Positions 13,562 to 30,560 of a DNA stretch of 64,000 nt are shown piece by piece. The stretch comes from Eledone cirrhosa. Taxonomy: Eukaryota. Both the position numbers and the translations under genes were made by a program. The DNA is taken from NCBI GenBank assembly GCA_964016885.1, contig OZ024741.1:146258001-146322000 (forward strand). Direction: 5' to 3'. The notes beneath the pieces are model-generated. The model was not told where the DNA came from, made no database searches, and saw only the letters and a program-made list of their open reading frames with translations. Every line of letters starts with the position of its first letter. The first letter of the stretch is position 1.

Positions 13562-14088
13562 CACACACACAGCAGGTCAGAGGATATATCTATCCTTCTA
13601 ACTTCAACCCTTATAACTACAAGTCTGGTTTACACCAGGGCAGAGAAAAAGTGATATACAGACAAGACAAGTCGCATTTACAAGCTCTCGTCACGAAAAA
13701 CAAGTCTAATTTCTCACATGACATTACACGCCTGACTGAGTGATTACTACTACTGCTAAAATAAGAAAGTATACTAATACGCATACACAGTAAGTTCACA
13801 CTGCTTGCATTTTTATACGTACCATTTCTGTCACATTGTATCATTCAGACACAATACAAATTATCTTATAATCGTATTCTGTGATACTTGTATTTACGTG
13901 GCTCGAAGAGCCACCTACTTATTGTACGAGTATTTCATGTTATAGATTTTATTATTCAATATTCAATTGAATATTGTTATAATAAAATAAACATTGTAAC
14001 AACACGATACTGGTATTATTCTTTGCATTGAAATCATCATACCAACAATTCCATCTATCCATTTATCGTTACAACCCATATATTCGCT

Positions 14089-14138
<50 letters not shown>

Positions 14139-14139
<1 letters not shown>

Positions 14140-14251
14140 ACGAAGGAAATGTGGTAAGGAACCAGCTGGACCATAACGCACCAAAGTACTCAATACTTGG
14201 GGTAGTAGAGTGGGTAATAGGAACCAGTAAGACCCCGGGGTCTTACTGGTT

Positions 14252-14256
<5 letters not shown>
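14139..14256 (-). mobile_element. Short fold-back insertion in (TA)n (family 2): 78-nt tail + 20-bp palindrome; probable Penelope-like terminal fragment
   Basis: Tail 14139-14216 is the reverse complement of 36855-36932. Palindrome ataggaaccagtaagacccc|ggggtcttactggttcctat. Confidence 0.7.
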
Positions 14257-15187
<931 letters not shown>

Positions 15188-15279
15188 TATTAAAGTTTCC
15201 GTTGAAAATTGAAAAAGTGATAGGAGTGAAGAGTGCTCTGTGTAAGTACCAGAGCTAAATTTAATGTATAATAAACAAT

Positions 15280-15365
15280 ACAATATAATTACCTCATTAC
15301 CAGAGGTTTCCCGAATAAGACGAATACGAAAAACGTTCTCATTCGTTCATCGGACAAGGCAATTT
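15280..15365 (-). ncRNA. Hammerhead-ribozyme-like motif (variant core CCGATGA) in pLTR
   Basis: CCGATGA - stem II CGAATGAGA/TCTTATTCG - GAAA - stem III CCTC/GAGG - TA; stem I is weak. Confidence 0.55.
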
Positions 15366-15931
15366 AAAACATAGTGAAATATTTGAAAAATCTCCTCAAG
15401 AAAGGCAAGAGTTTAACGGGCAAAAAACTATACAAATGAAAGTAATGCAAGAGATATATAAAAAAAAAGGAAATATAGTTAGGGTATGTGTATATGTATG
15501 TATATACACTCACCAATGTACATATGTGTGTATGTACAAATCCATGTGTATGGTGAAAATGTGTGCGTAAGTATATATATGAGGACAAGTATATTTGTGT
15601 ATGTGTGACCACAAATACGTATATAATATGAGTTGAAAAAGAAATTGTAAGATAATATAGTTAACACACATCCAGATACAGATATTAAATATATACACAT
15701 ACGAGTATGAAAGCACGCGTATAAACACACACACACACGCGCGATCCCTTATATGCGGAAGATAAAAAGGGAAGAGAGTGTAATAGTAAAGAGAAGTGTC
15801 ATTCTCGATATATGTATAAAAATGAAACAATATATGAGAATGAAAAACATTTTTTTAAATCAAAGAGAAAGTAAGACGGAGGGGTTGTCAATTAACACTA
15901 GAAAAAAGAAAACAAACATTGGTACGCACGT

Positions 15932-16014
<83 letters not shown>

Positions 16015-16699
16015 TATATACATATAAATATGTACAGACAAAAGCGCATGCATGCGTACATACATACACACGAGGCACGCATATATATATATATATCGCC
16101 ACATGTATATCACACGTACGTACGCGACTATATATATATATACATACACACCCATACATACATATACATATACATATATATATACATACATAAACACATA
16201 CATTCACCCACATACACACACACGTATAAATAAGTATGTAAAAACCATAGATATAAAAACACACATACACACACATATATATACATACGCAGGCACACAT
16301 ACAGAGGCGTTCGTATACATATACAGAACGTATACACACATATGCGCACTCACACGCATAGATACAAATGATAAACCAGCCGTATGAATAAATGAGTACA
16401 AATATAAAGTCGGCTGCGAAACAACAGAATATATCTGGAGTGGAAAACGCAAGTGACCGTGATATCAAGTAGTGAAAGCAAATGGGGAAGTAAAATGTGG
16501 AATGTGAAGATATTAGGTAAGTGAATCAAAAAGTAGGGGGGGGGGGTTCACTGGTGGATGTGAAGTAAAAATAAAAATAAAATTAAAAATAAAGTTAAAA
16601 ATGAAAGTAAATCAGAAAGAGAAGTCTGTAAAGAGGATAATTTAAGGAAAGTGAAGAACAAGAGTTTATGGAGGATAAGTATCTGAAAGTGAGTTAAGT

Positions 16700-17300
16700 T
16701 TATATGAGCTGGAAAGCAAGTGTGATTTCATGTGTGGGCAACTGGTGAAAATTTCGTTTTTGCGTTTAGGCAGGTTTTTGGTGATTTAAGTTTCTATAAA
16801 ATCCAATATGTTTCACTTATGCAGAGTGTGCATCTTCTTGTTCCTCTTGCATATTCTTTAGATTGGTTCAAAACAGACCAATCCAATTTATATTGGATAC
16901 CTTGGTCTTTCAAATCCCATATTCTGCTAGCCAGAGCTGTTGTAAATCTTTTTTCTGGATGTCGGAAAGATGCGACATGTGAGTAATAACGCGTTTTGAA
17001 TTTGTCTTGTGTCATACCCACATATCGTTCGCTGGTGGCTGGTAGGTTGTTGCTGATGGTTGTCACGTTAGCCGCATATACAATGGCTTTGGTGTTGCAT
17101 TTACCTTGTAATGGGCATTCATTTTTTACTCTATAGGAGCAATTTTGATGTCCTCTGGGTGTTTTCTTATTGTTGATATAAGATTTAATAGGGGGACCGC
17201 AGGAGTAGCTAATTTTGACACAGTTTCTATTGAAGATCTTATAGTATCTATGTGTTCAAGGGAAATGTTTATCTAAGGGCTCTAGGAATTTTTTGCCTAC
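16700..17300 (-). pseudogene. Penelope GIY-YIG endonuclease domain
   Basis: IVY...YVG motif pair, R-x3-H, WDLK and C-x2-C-x2-E motifs; RYYKIFNRNCVKISYSC linker at ~17200-17250. Confidence 0.88.
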
Positions 17301-17590
17301 ATTAGTGAACACCTGTGAACCACCCACCTACTTTTTGATTAACTTACCTAATATGTGTGTTTTATATCTATGTTTTTTACATACTTATTTATACGTGTGT
17401 GTGTATGTGGGTGAATGTATGTGTTTATGTATGTATATATATGTATATCTATGTATGGGTGTGTATGTATATATATATATATAGTCGCGTACGTACGTGT
17501 GATTAGATATACATGTGGCGATATATATATACGTGCCTCGTGTGTATGTATGTACGCATGCATGCGCTTTTGTCTGTACGTATTTATATG

Positions 17591-17631
<41 letters not shown>

Positions 17632-18199
17632 ACGTGCGTACCAATGTTTGTTTTCTTTTTTCTAGTGTTAATTGACAACCCCTCCGTCTTACTTTCTCTT
17701 TGATTTAAAACATTTTTTTTTCATTCTCATATATTGTTTTATTTTTATACATATATCGAGAATGACACTTCTCTTTACTATTACACTCCCTTCCCTTTTT
17801 ATCTTCCGCATATAAGGGATCGCGCGTGTGTGTGTGTGTGTTTATACGCGTGCTTTCATACTCGTATGTGTATATATTTAATATCTGTATCTGGATGTGT
17901 GTTAACTATATTATCTTACAATTTCTTTTTCAACTCATATTATATACGTATTTGAGGTCACACACACAAATATACTTGCCCTCATATATGTACTTACGCA
18001 CACATTTTCACCATACACATGGATTTGTACATACACACATATGTACATTGGTGAGTGTATATACATACATATACACATACCCTAACTATATTTCCTTATT
18101 CTTTTTATATATCTCTTGCATTACTTTTATTTATATATTTTTTTGCCCGTTAAACTCTTGCCTTTCTTGAGGAGATTTTTCAAATATTTCACTATGTTT

Positions 18200-18290
18200 T
18201 AAATTGCCTTGTCCGATGAGCGAATGAGAACGTTTTTCGTATTCGTCTTATTCGGGAAACCTCTGGTAATGAGGTAATTATATTGTATTG
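18200..18290 (+). ncRNA. Hammerhead-ribozyme-like motif (variant core CCGATGA), inverted pLTR copy
   Basis: gtCCGATGAgcgaatgaga...tcttattcgGGAAAcctctggtaatgaggTA. Confidence 0.55.
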
Positions 18291-18316
18291 TTTATTATAC
18301 ATTACACACACGCACG

Positions 18317-18369
<53 letters not shown>

Positions 18370-18380
18370 GTATGTGTATG

Positions 18381-18508
<128 letters not shown>

Positions 18509-18515
18509 CACATAC

Positions 18516-18568
<53 letters not shown>

Positions 18569-18596
18569 CATACATACATACATATATATATATATA

Positions 18597-20503
18597 TCAT
18601 CATCATCATCATCATCATCATCATTTTTACGTCCACTTTTCCCTGCTCGCAAGGGTGGGATGGGTCTTATTCAGCACACCATCTCTCCACTTGTCATGGT
18701 CCTTCGTCATCTCCTCCGTGAGCTTCAGCGACCTGAGGTATGTTCTCATCACCTCCGCCCATGTTTTTCGTGGTATACCTCTACCACCTCTTCCTTCAAC
18801 TGGTATTTCCTGGTGCCATCGGTCATCCTCCATGCGCATCACATCTCCATGCCACCTCAGTCTCCTCTCCCGTACCCTACATTCTATCCCTCTCAGACAC
18901 AGTTTCTCTCTCAACACATTCATGCTGGGTCGTTCACTCATTGACATTGCAAATCCAACGGAGCATGCTTGCCTCATTTCTCTCCAGCCGTCGCATATCC
19001 TCTGCAGTTGCTGCCCATGTCTCACTACCATGCAGTATCGCCCTCCTCACAAAGGCATTATGTAACCGGCCTTTCGTACGCAGGGAGAAACCCTTCTTCG
19101 TCTGCAGAGTAAGCAACTCCCTAAACTTCTTCCAACCCGTCCTTATTCTAGATACTATGACTTCTGAACACCCGCCTCCCATGCTAATCTGATCTCCTAG
19201 GTACAGGAAGCTATCCACCACTTCTATAGCACCCGCCTGCATTCGAAAAATGTGTCTATCAAAGCGACTTGTACTATCTAATTTCCCTGTACACTTACTG
19301 CATACGTATTTCTCCCTACCTGTTAGTTTGCCTACTATCCCGCTACATCTCCTGTGTACCCAAGATCTGCATTGTGTGCATTTTATAGAATTTATGCCAG
19401 TTCCTTTTCTGCATATCGAACATGGCCATTTCCCTGACGGAATCAGAGTTTTGTCCTCTTTTCTACTCATCAACACTTTTGTCTTAGCTAGGTTCACTCT
19501 CAGACCTCTTGCTTGAAACTGCTGTTTCCATAGCCAGAATGTATTCTCTAGCTCCTCTACTGATTCTGCTATAAGAACCAGATCGTCAGCATAGAGAAGT
19601 TCCCATGGACAACCAGTCTTAAACTCCTCTGTTATGGCTTGGAGGACTATAATGAACAAGAGCGGGCTGAGGACCGAACATTGATGTACCCCTACTTGTA
19701 TCTGGAATTCATCACTAAACTCCATTCCTACCCTGACTTTACTGACAGTACCTCTGTACAAAGTTTGCACTGTCCTCACAAGCCATTCCTCAACACCTAG
19801 TTTCCTTAGGAACCACCAGATGACAGATTGGGGTACCAAAGGCCTTCTCTAGGTCAACAAAGGCTAAGTATAGTGGCTTATTTTTCTCTAAGAACCTCCC
19901 TTGTAATTGTCTCACCAAGAAGAGGGCATCTGTTGTACTCTTCCCAGGCACAAAACCAAACTGCATCTCATCTAGTTTGACCCTTTCTCTAATTAGTTGT
20001 GCTAATATCCTTTCTGCCACTTTCATAACCTGATCCATCAGTTTTATACCCCTATAATTGCTCCTCCCCAGAGCATCTTCTTCACCTTCGTAGCAATTTA
20101 TGAGAATACTGCTGCACCAGTCTTTGGGTATGACACCACCATATATAGCTTGATTAATGATGCATGCAACCAGTTTAGTGTCTATGTCCCCTGATGCCTT
20201 CAGCATCACAGCAACAATCACCGGTCCAGCAGCCTTACCATTTTTCATTTCCTTAATCGTCTCTTGGATCTTATATTCATCAATCTCAATAGCTGGTCCC
20301 TCTGTCGGATCTACTGAGGGTAATTTCTCCAACTCCCATTCGTTCTCCACATTCATCAGTCTCTCATAATGAGATTTCCAGGCCTCCTCTTTCTGATCAT
20401 TTGTGACACAAAGTACACCGGCATCATTCCGGACACATCTCCAACAACATCCTGATTTACATCTCCAACAACATCCTGATTTACATTGACACACTGCCTT
20501 GCC
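18597..20503 (-). mobile_element. RTE-clade LINE, 5'-truncated, frameshifted, (GAT)n tail
   Basis: ORFs 19790-20494, 18934-19839 and 18627-19031: [58 protein letters not shown]. Tail is (cat)n at 18597-18623. Confidence 0.95.
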
Positions 20504-20510
20504 ATATATA

Positions 20511-20835
20511 TCATCATCATCATCATCATCATCATTTCACGTCCGCTTTTCCTTGCTTGCAAGGGTGGGGCGGGAACTGATTCTGGCTTGATTTCTACAG
20601 CTGGATGCCCTTCCTAACACCAACCTCATTTACAGTGAGTACTGGGTGCTTTTTGCCATGGCACCTCCACGACCACTTTGCAGTGGAATGATACGTACTC
20701 CAGTCCCTATCATCTCATTTTTACAGCTGAGTAAACTGGAGGTGTCTTGCTCAAGGAAACAACACATCACCCGGTCTGAGAATTGAACTCACAACCTTTC
20801 GATTGCAAGCTCTAACCACTAAGCCATGTGCCTCC
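20511..20835 (-). mobile_element. tRNA-derived SINE with RTE-type 3' tail
   Basis: Head GGAGGCACATGGCTTAGTGG (A box), GAGTTCAATTC (B box), CCTTGAGCAAGACAC core, GGAAGGGCATCCAGCTGTAG, tail CCCACCCTTGCAAGCAAGGAAAAGCGGACGTGAAA(TGA)n. Confidence 0.85.
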
Positions 20836-20866
<31 letters not shown>

Positions 20867-20879
20867 TCTACTTCGGTAT

Positions 20880-23694
<2,815 letters not shown>

Positions 23695-26199
23695 AAGACG
23701 ACGTCAGCCAGTAACAGATTTAAAGATATTTTACTCGATGCCAATGACAGTAAAGAAGAATAGATAAAGACATTCAATGTAGAAGAGCACTGGGGGTTCC
23801 TAAAAGATAACTTACTAGAGGCGACAGATGAGATCTGTGGTTGGAGTAAGACCACGGGCAGGAGGAGAGTGACTTGGTGGTGGAACAATAAGGTAGATGA
23901 GGCAAGTAAGGCTAAGAGACAGGCATGGAAAGAATGGAATAACGGGGGAAGCAGGCTACATTACATAGAGACTAGGAGGGATCTAGGCGACAAGTATACT
24001 TAACTAGGAGGGAAGCAGAGGATAGAAAATTCAAGCATGTTTTGCAACGTGAGGACCAGAAATAGGAGGTGTTCAAGATTGTGAGGCAGTGTGTCAGAGA
24101 TAATTGTGATGTCATTGGAGAGAAGTGTATCCAGAATGATAAAGGTGAGCTTGCCCTCACAAGTGCTGATAAGAAAGATGCGTGGAAGAGCCATTCTGAA
24201 AGATTACTAAATGAGGAGAATGCATCGGAAAAAGATACCCTACCCCAAGTAGACTCTATAGAGGGGCCAGCAGTACAAGTCAGGAGCAACGTAGTAAGTA
24301 AGGCAATCAAAGATATGAAGACGGAAAAGGCAACCGGTCCATCGGGTATAGCTGCCGAGATGCTGAAGGCATCTGGGTCGGTAAGTCACACCATAACCAC
24401 ACGTATTGTTAACCAGGTAATACTAGAAGGTGTCATACCAAAGGATTGGTGCAGCAGCATCATTGTCAACTACTACAATGGTAAAGGGGATGCACTAGAT
24501 AGAGGAAACTATAGAGGTATAAAGCTGAATGACCAGGTCATGAAAGTAACAGAAAGAGTTATATCACAGTTGATTAAGGACGAGGTGACTCTAGATGAGA
24601 TGCAATTTGGGTTTGTGCCAGTAAAAGGCACCACTGGTGCCCTCTTCCTTATGAGGCAGTTACAGGAAAAATACCTAGCTAAAAGTAAGCCGCTCTACCT
24701 CGCATTCGTCGATCTGGAGAAAGCCTTTGATAGAGTCCCCCTTGCTATAATCTGGTGGGCTCTTAGAAAACTAGGAGTAGATGAATGGCTTGTGAAAGCT
24801 GTACAAGCCATGTGTAGGGGAGCAGTCAGCAAAGTTAGGATTAACAATGACTATAGTGAGGAATTTAGTATACAGGTTGGTGTCCACCTGGGCTCTGTTC
24901 TTAGCCCTCTCCTGTTCATTATATTTTGCAGGCAATAATGCAGGAGTTTAAGACTGGATGTCCATGGGAACTCCTGTATGTGGATGACCTCACATTTATA
25001 GCTGAATCTATCGTAGAACTAGAGAAATAATTTCAAACATGGAAGCAGGGACTAGAAAGAAGGGGTCTCAAAGTCAACCTGACAAAGACTAAGGTCCTTG
25101 TAAGTAGACAAGAAAACGGAACCCAGATCTCCGCAGGCAAATAGCCTAGCTCAGTATGTAGGAAAGATGTAGGTAGGAACTCCATTCTCTGCCTCAAATG
25201 CAAACAATGGTTACACAAATATGTAGTGGTATCTCAGGAAGCTTAACTAAGAATGTAGGCTTCACATGCAGCAGCTGCGCTGGGACAGCAAGCAGCAGAC
25301 AGCCACAGGAAACAAGTACCACCAATCTCTGGGAGGGCTCTGTAGAAACAGTAGACAGCTTCTGCTACCTAGGTGACCGAATTAGCATCGGAGGTGGGTG
25401 TTCAGAAAGTACAATAACTAGGGTAAGAACGGGATGGAAGAAGTTTAGGGAACTACTGCCACTGCTAACTGCAAAAGGCTTTTCCCTCAAAATAAAAGGC
25501 AGACTGTATGATGCGTGTATACGAACAGCAATGTTACATGGTAGTGAGACCTTGGCGCTGAAGGTGGAAGACTTACATAGATTAGAGAGAAACGAAGCCT
25601 GCATGCTCCGATGGATGTGTAATAGTAATATACGCAAACAGCAAAGCATAAACGAATTGAGAGAGAGACTGAGCATAAGAGGAATCAAATGCTGTGTGCA
25701 GGAGAGGTGGTTGCGTTGGTATGGAAATGTGATGAGTATGAAAGATGACAGTTGCATAAAAAGGTGCAGAGCACTAGAAGTCGATGGAAGCCGCGGAGTG
25801 GAGAGACCCAAGAAGACCTGGGATGAGGTGATAAAAGCCGACTTTAACCAATTACACCTCTCAAAGGCAATGACACACGACCGTGACCTCTGGTGTCACA
25901 CAGTAATACAGAAGACCCGACCCCCCATGGGTACAAGCCGAAGCTGAAGCATATAGACAATATGCCCCCAACCCTTCACACTGCAAAGTGGTCGTGGAGG
26001 TGCCACGGCAAAAAAAGCACCCAACCCACACTGTAGATGAGGTTGGTGTTAGGAAGGGCATCCAGCTGTAGAAATCAAGCCAGAATCAGTTCCCGTATGA
26101 GTACGACATGGTCAGCTGACAGCTACTGCCCACAACAGGACAAACCGTCAAACCCATGCTAGTGTGGAAGAATGGACGTAAAACGGTGATGATGATGAT
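23695..26199 (+). mobile_element. RTE-clade LINE, 5'-truncated, degenerate; inverted partner of 20880-23589
   Basis: ORFs 24069-24938 and 25198-25947 are close homologues of 21184-23202; same long 3' UTR and (GAT)n tail at 26187-26199. Confidence 0.95.
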
Positions 26200-29100
26200 A
26201 TATATATATATATATATTTGCAGATAAGATGAATAGATTCTTAAAAATTCAGATCCTCTATTCTACTATGCAAGATGAAATTATCGAAGTCTATATCATT
26301 TTCCACCAGCCGTGCAGCTGCTTGTATGTTAAGTTGAAAAAAATATTGTATATATCCAATAATATATTTAAAAAATTCATTTCTTTTTCCATGTATCAAT
26401 GGATTCAATTTCACATTTTATCTGTTGCAGTCGAAAATGTATATATTAGGGAAAAAGTAATGCAGAAAATATATTTTAATAGTTTTCAAACAACCCTTTA
26501 TAATAATATCTAAAGAAATAAACCTATCACATGCGTAGATACATGTAAAAATATATTTTGTTTTAATATGTCTACAGTCACATTTACTGTGACTATTGAC
26601 ACGCTGGTTGATTTATTTTCATTTCTGTTAAACTTTTTTTTTTGTTTTTACGAGAATTATTTTGCTGTCCATTGTAAATACAATTCTGAAATATCAACTG
26701 ACATCATTGTTTCTATAAGTCAACCAGAGAACCTAGCCTGCAGTAGTTGACCTGCTAGAAATAGCAGCCAAATCTCTATACTGTCCCATTTTACTATCTT
26801 TAAAATAGGGAAAGCCACATTGGATAATGCGGTCATAAAAACATTATCTGATACGGTCATTGAAGAAATGCTTTTCATCATTGCTCTGCTTGTTCTGGGC
26901 AAAGTTAGGGCTAAACAATACTATTTTTTCATATTGCTAAAACATTGGTATGAAATATAGAACATCCTGGGTAATTATTGTTGCAATATAGAAGATAGAT
27001 ACAAAACTTTAGATGCTTATTTGAAATATATATAAATATGTGTGTATGAGTATGTAATCCAACAACCTAATCATCCACATCATGATGATGATCATCATCA
27101 TCATTTAACATCTGTTTTCTCTGCTAGTATGGATTGGATGGGATGTCACAATCAGAGCTACAAACTTTTCAGACAGCCCAGTGACTTCATTTCACTTACA
27201 TACTTTCCCACACTTTTCTGAGTGCACTGGAGGCATTTTATAATGACACCAGCTCTAGGAAGGTGATCATATCTTTGACATAACTGAAGAGTCCTATCAA
27301 CCCTTTGTTTAACACATTTACTATGGCTGTATGCTTTTCCTATCACCAATCACTTTACAGTGTGTATTGGGTGCATTTTATCATATCACCAACAATAGAA
27401 ACATTGTTTTGCTCTTGTCAGAACTGAAGAGCCCTCTAATCTCTTGTTTGGCCTGTTTTCCACACCTGGATGCCCTTCCTATCACCACCACCTTATAGGA
27501 TGCACTGGGTGCATTTTAAATGGCACTGGCAATGCGTGTAATCTGTAATAGTTGCTGCTGTTGTAGGGATAATAGCAGGGAATAACTATAATTTAATTTC
27601 TTCTTCTTCCCACCACCTTCTCCATGTTTTCCATAGACTGTGTATTTGCAAATCATTTCCAGTAGAAATAAAATCTATTTACAAGTCAAAATCCTTTATT
27701 AATTAAACATTGCAAGTTAAATATTCAAACAATTATAATGTTATTCTTCTTGATAGAGAATAATTATTCTGGAGAGGATTTAAAATGATAAATTTATCTA
27801 TGAAATGTTTCTATTAAATACGATTTGTTCTTGTTAGATCATTACTCAAATCACATCATCATCAACATTAACAACATCATTGACTTTATTTTAATGTTTA
27901 CTTTTTTCTACTGGCAATGGGTTGGATGTGTCTGCAATTTGGACATCTCATTCACAAAGTCTAAATGAATGGAAGCAAACTTTACAGAATGTTCCACCTT
28001 TGTCACCTTTCCTAGATTTATTACTTAAAGTTAAAAGTTCAACCATAGTTTCCAGTATATCATCTAACATTGCTTGTCCACTACTACAGTAATTTGTCAG
28101 ATTGAAATAATCAGAAAATACAATAGCTATTTCCCATAGCTATCGGATTCAGTACAAGCATGAAACAATAGTTCTATATTTCTTAATAATAAAATTTTAG
28201 ATCTAATTTGTGATTTTAATATTCTCCAATAAATGCTTTTCAAATAACAATGTTGAGAAGTATTAGTATAATTGCAATAACTGTTATCTTACAGGAGAAA
28301 ATTTATTTTATATAACTGCAAGTATAGTATAAACATTTCTGAACTGCAAACATTATCTATCATGTTTCTCTGATCTTGGATTATGTTTCATTCAGATCAT
28401 TCGCCAATTATCTTTGACGCTTTAATTCCTGCACACATATACATGCCATCATCATTACTTTTATGGCTGTTTTAACTTGTTTGCATATGTTGGTAAAGGC
28501 ACATTTCTTAGTGGTTATGGTGTCAGTGCACAATTATAAAGTAATGATTTTGATCCCTAGTAGAGTATGTATCCTTGAGCAAGTCACTTTATTTCACATT
28601 ATTCCAGCCCACCAAGTTGAAAAGAAAAATAGTTGTACCTATAATTCAAAGGGTGAGCTTTGTCACAAACTGTGTTATGAGGCATCTATCTGAGAACTAC
28701 ATGCATGATTCATGTCTGTGGAATACCCAACCAGTTACACATTAACTTTATAAGCTTGTGATCAAAGCAATTTGAACATTTGTCATTGGAACTTCTATAT
28801 CTTTCTTCCACTGATATTTTCTGGCATATCTACCCAACTATTATCATCCATCTATACTAATAAAGCTGACGGCCGTATGTATGTAACAAACTTTTCGCCA
28901 AACGGCTGAACCAAACAGCACCAAATTTCACCATAGATTTGCACCATTGATAACTTTTTCCAAGTAAGAAAGTGAGGGTATTTTTGTCTACTAAATTTTG
29001 TTAAAAGATTAAAGATATTATTTAAATATTCAGTTCTTTAAAATTTTCAAATGTCAACACTTCCGATTATACGAAATTCCTCTCTCTTTCTTAGTCTGTC

Positions 29101-29232
29101 TTTTTAGATAGATATATAGCTATAACGTCACGCCCTTATAATATGTCTCTGTATGTCTGGCTGTCTGCATTATGAAAACCATTCTGTACATTGACTTCTC
29201 TATATGTGTGTGTGTGTATATATGTATATATA

Positions 29233-29292
<60 letters not shown>

Positions 29293-29619
29293 CTAGTATC
29301 ATAGATAAGAGACAGTTTAATTTGTACATTTTATTACAACATTAATTTATACGAATATATACGTATATATACATACTTAAACATGTTATTTACAGTTGTA
29401 TAAAAAAGAAGTATAATTGTTTCTACTTTTGGCACAAGGGCAGCGATTATCCCAGTATATAACTGGTACTTTATTATATATAATATATATAATACAACAT
29501 TCCTCTCTCTTTCTTACTCTGTCTTTTTAGATAGATACATAGCTATAATGCCACACACTTATAATATCTGTCTGTATGTCTGGCTGTCTGCATTGACTTC
29601 GCTTCTAACCAACTTTTAA

Positions 29620-29665
<46 letters not shown>

Positions 29666-29668
<3 letters not shown>

Positions 29669-30062
29669 GGAGGTGAGTTTTATTGTAGTACAATAAAGCA
29701 ATGCAGATATCGGATAAGAAGCACTCTACAGTTTGTAGGACTGGAGTATACATAATATAAGATCAAAAGATGGTTAAAGGAGTTCCATGTATTTTATTAT
29801 GCGCATTTCAAAAACAAACATCATCATGCAATAATATTTGTGTTTTCATCAGATAAAACAGGAGAACATGATATGAAGGCTAAAAAACACTTGTGGATAG
29901 TGCAGTTGATTTAAAACTGCACTATCCACAAGTGTTTTTTAGCCTTCATATCATGTTCTCCTGTTTTATCTGATGAAAACACAAATATTATTGCATGATG
30001 ATGTTTGTTTTTGAAATGCGCATAATAAAATACATGGAACTCCTTTAACCATCTTTTGATCT

Positions 30063-30070
<8 letters not shown>
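29666..30070 (-). mobile_element. Hammerhead-bearing fold-back insertion in (TA)n (family 1, copy 1)
   Basis: 86-nt unique tail 29666-29751, 156-bp arms 29752-29907 and 29915-30070 with no mismatch seen, 7-nt loop; homologous to 36955-37378. Confidence 0.85.
29962..30032 (+). ncRNA. Minimal type I hammerhead ribozyme (palindromic stem III); mirror copy on the minus strand at ~29790-29860
   Basis: Stem I tgttttat/ataaaata; CTGATGA 29970-29976; stem II aaacacaaata.../...tgtttgttttt; GAAA 30013-30016; TGCGCA; TA 30023-30024. Confidence 0.85.
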
Positions 30071-30147
<77 letters not shown>

Positions 30148-30339
30148 TATTATATATTATTCATGTACATATTTTCAACAGTAATACTATATTATACTAT
30201 ATATTTTCAACAGTAATACTGTACTATATATTTTCAACAGTAAAACACAGACGGCTTATCGTCTGTTTATCCAAGCGAAGCTAGGTACGTCAGCTATATA
30301 TATATATCTGGATGCCGTAGAACACGGACCAGCTAGTAT

Positions 30340-30560
30340 ACATGTATCACCTTGTCCTTTTTATTCCTGCATGCTACATCTGATTCCACTTATACCCAGT
30401 TTTTCTTTTAACTTAGCTGTGCTTCATTGTTCATGCTCACTAACATTACTTATCTAGTAAAGCATGCTTGCTTCATTTCTTTCCAGCTTTTGTACATCCT
30501 CTGCACTCAATGCCTATGTTTTGCTACCATGCAACATCACACATCATACACATACATCAT
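30340..30560 (-). mobile_element. RTE 3' coding remnant
   Basis: Similar to the MLHGSETW...LERNEASML region of the other RTE copies. Confidence 0.6.

Larger units (their letters stand above)
15187..18304 (-). mobile_element. 5'-truncated Penelope-like element with GIY-YIG endonuclease remnant and inverted terminal repeat (pLTR)
   Basis: ORF 16794-17066 (ERYVGMTQDKFKTRYYSHVASF...TTALASRIWDLK...RCTLCISE) with upstream CPLQGKCNTKAIVYAA. Segment 15262-~16550 is repeated in inverse orientation at ~17313-18304, with an internal deletion. Flanked by microsatellite. Confidence 0.88.
28851..30336 (+). mobile_element. Non-autonomous Helitron
   Basis: Starts A|TCTATACTAATAAAGCTGA...gtatgtatgt...aaacggctgaacc. 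Ends with hairpin ccgt-agaac-acgg then CTAG|T (30333-30337). No TSD. Internal ~90-bp duplication (29078-29171 vs 29499-29594). Confidence 0.75.

Noticed and set aside
20426-20482. CKSGCCWR repeat suggesting a toxin-like cysteine-rich peptide (ORF 19790-20494 start)
   Set aside because: Out-of-frame reading of a 24-bp tandem duplication in the RTE NQDVVG region.
26229-26902. Possible host exons near 26255-26324 (+) and 26720-26894 (-)
   Set aside because: Splice-like signals are present but there is no recognisable protein; cannot be supported without transcript data.
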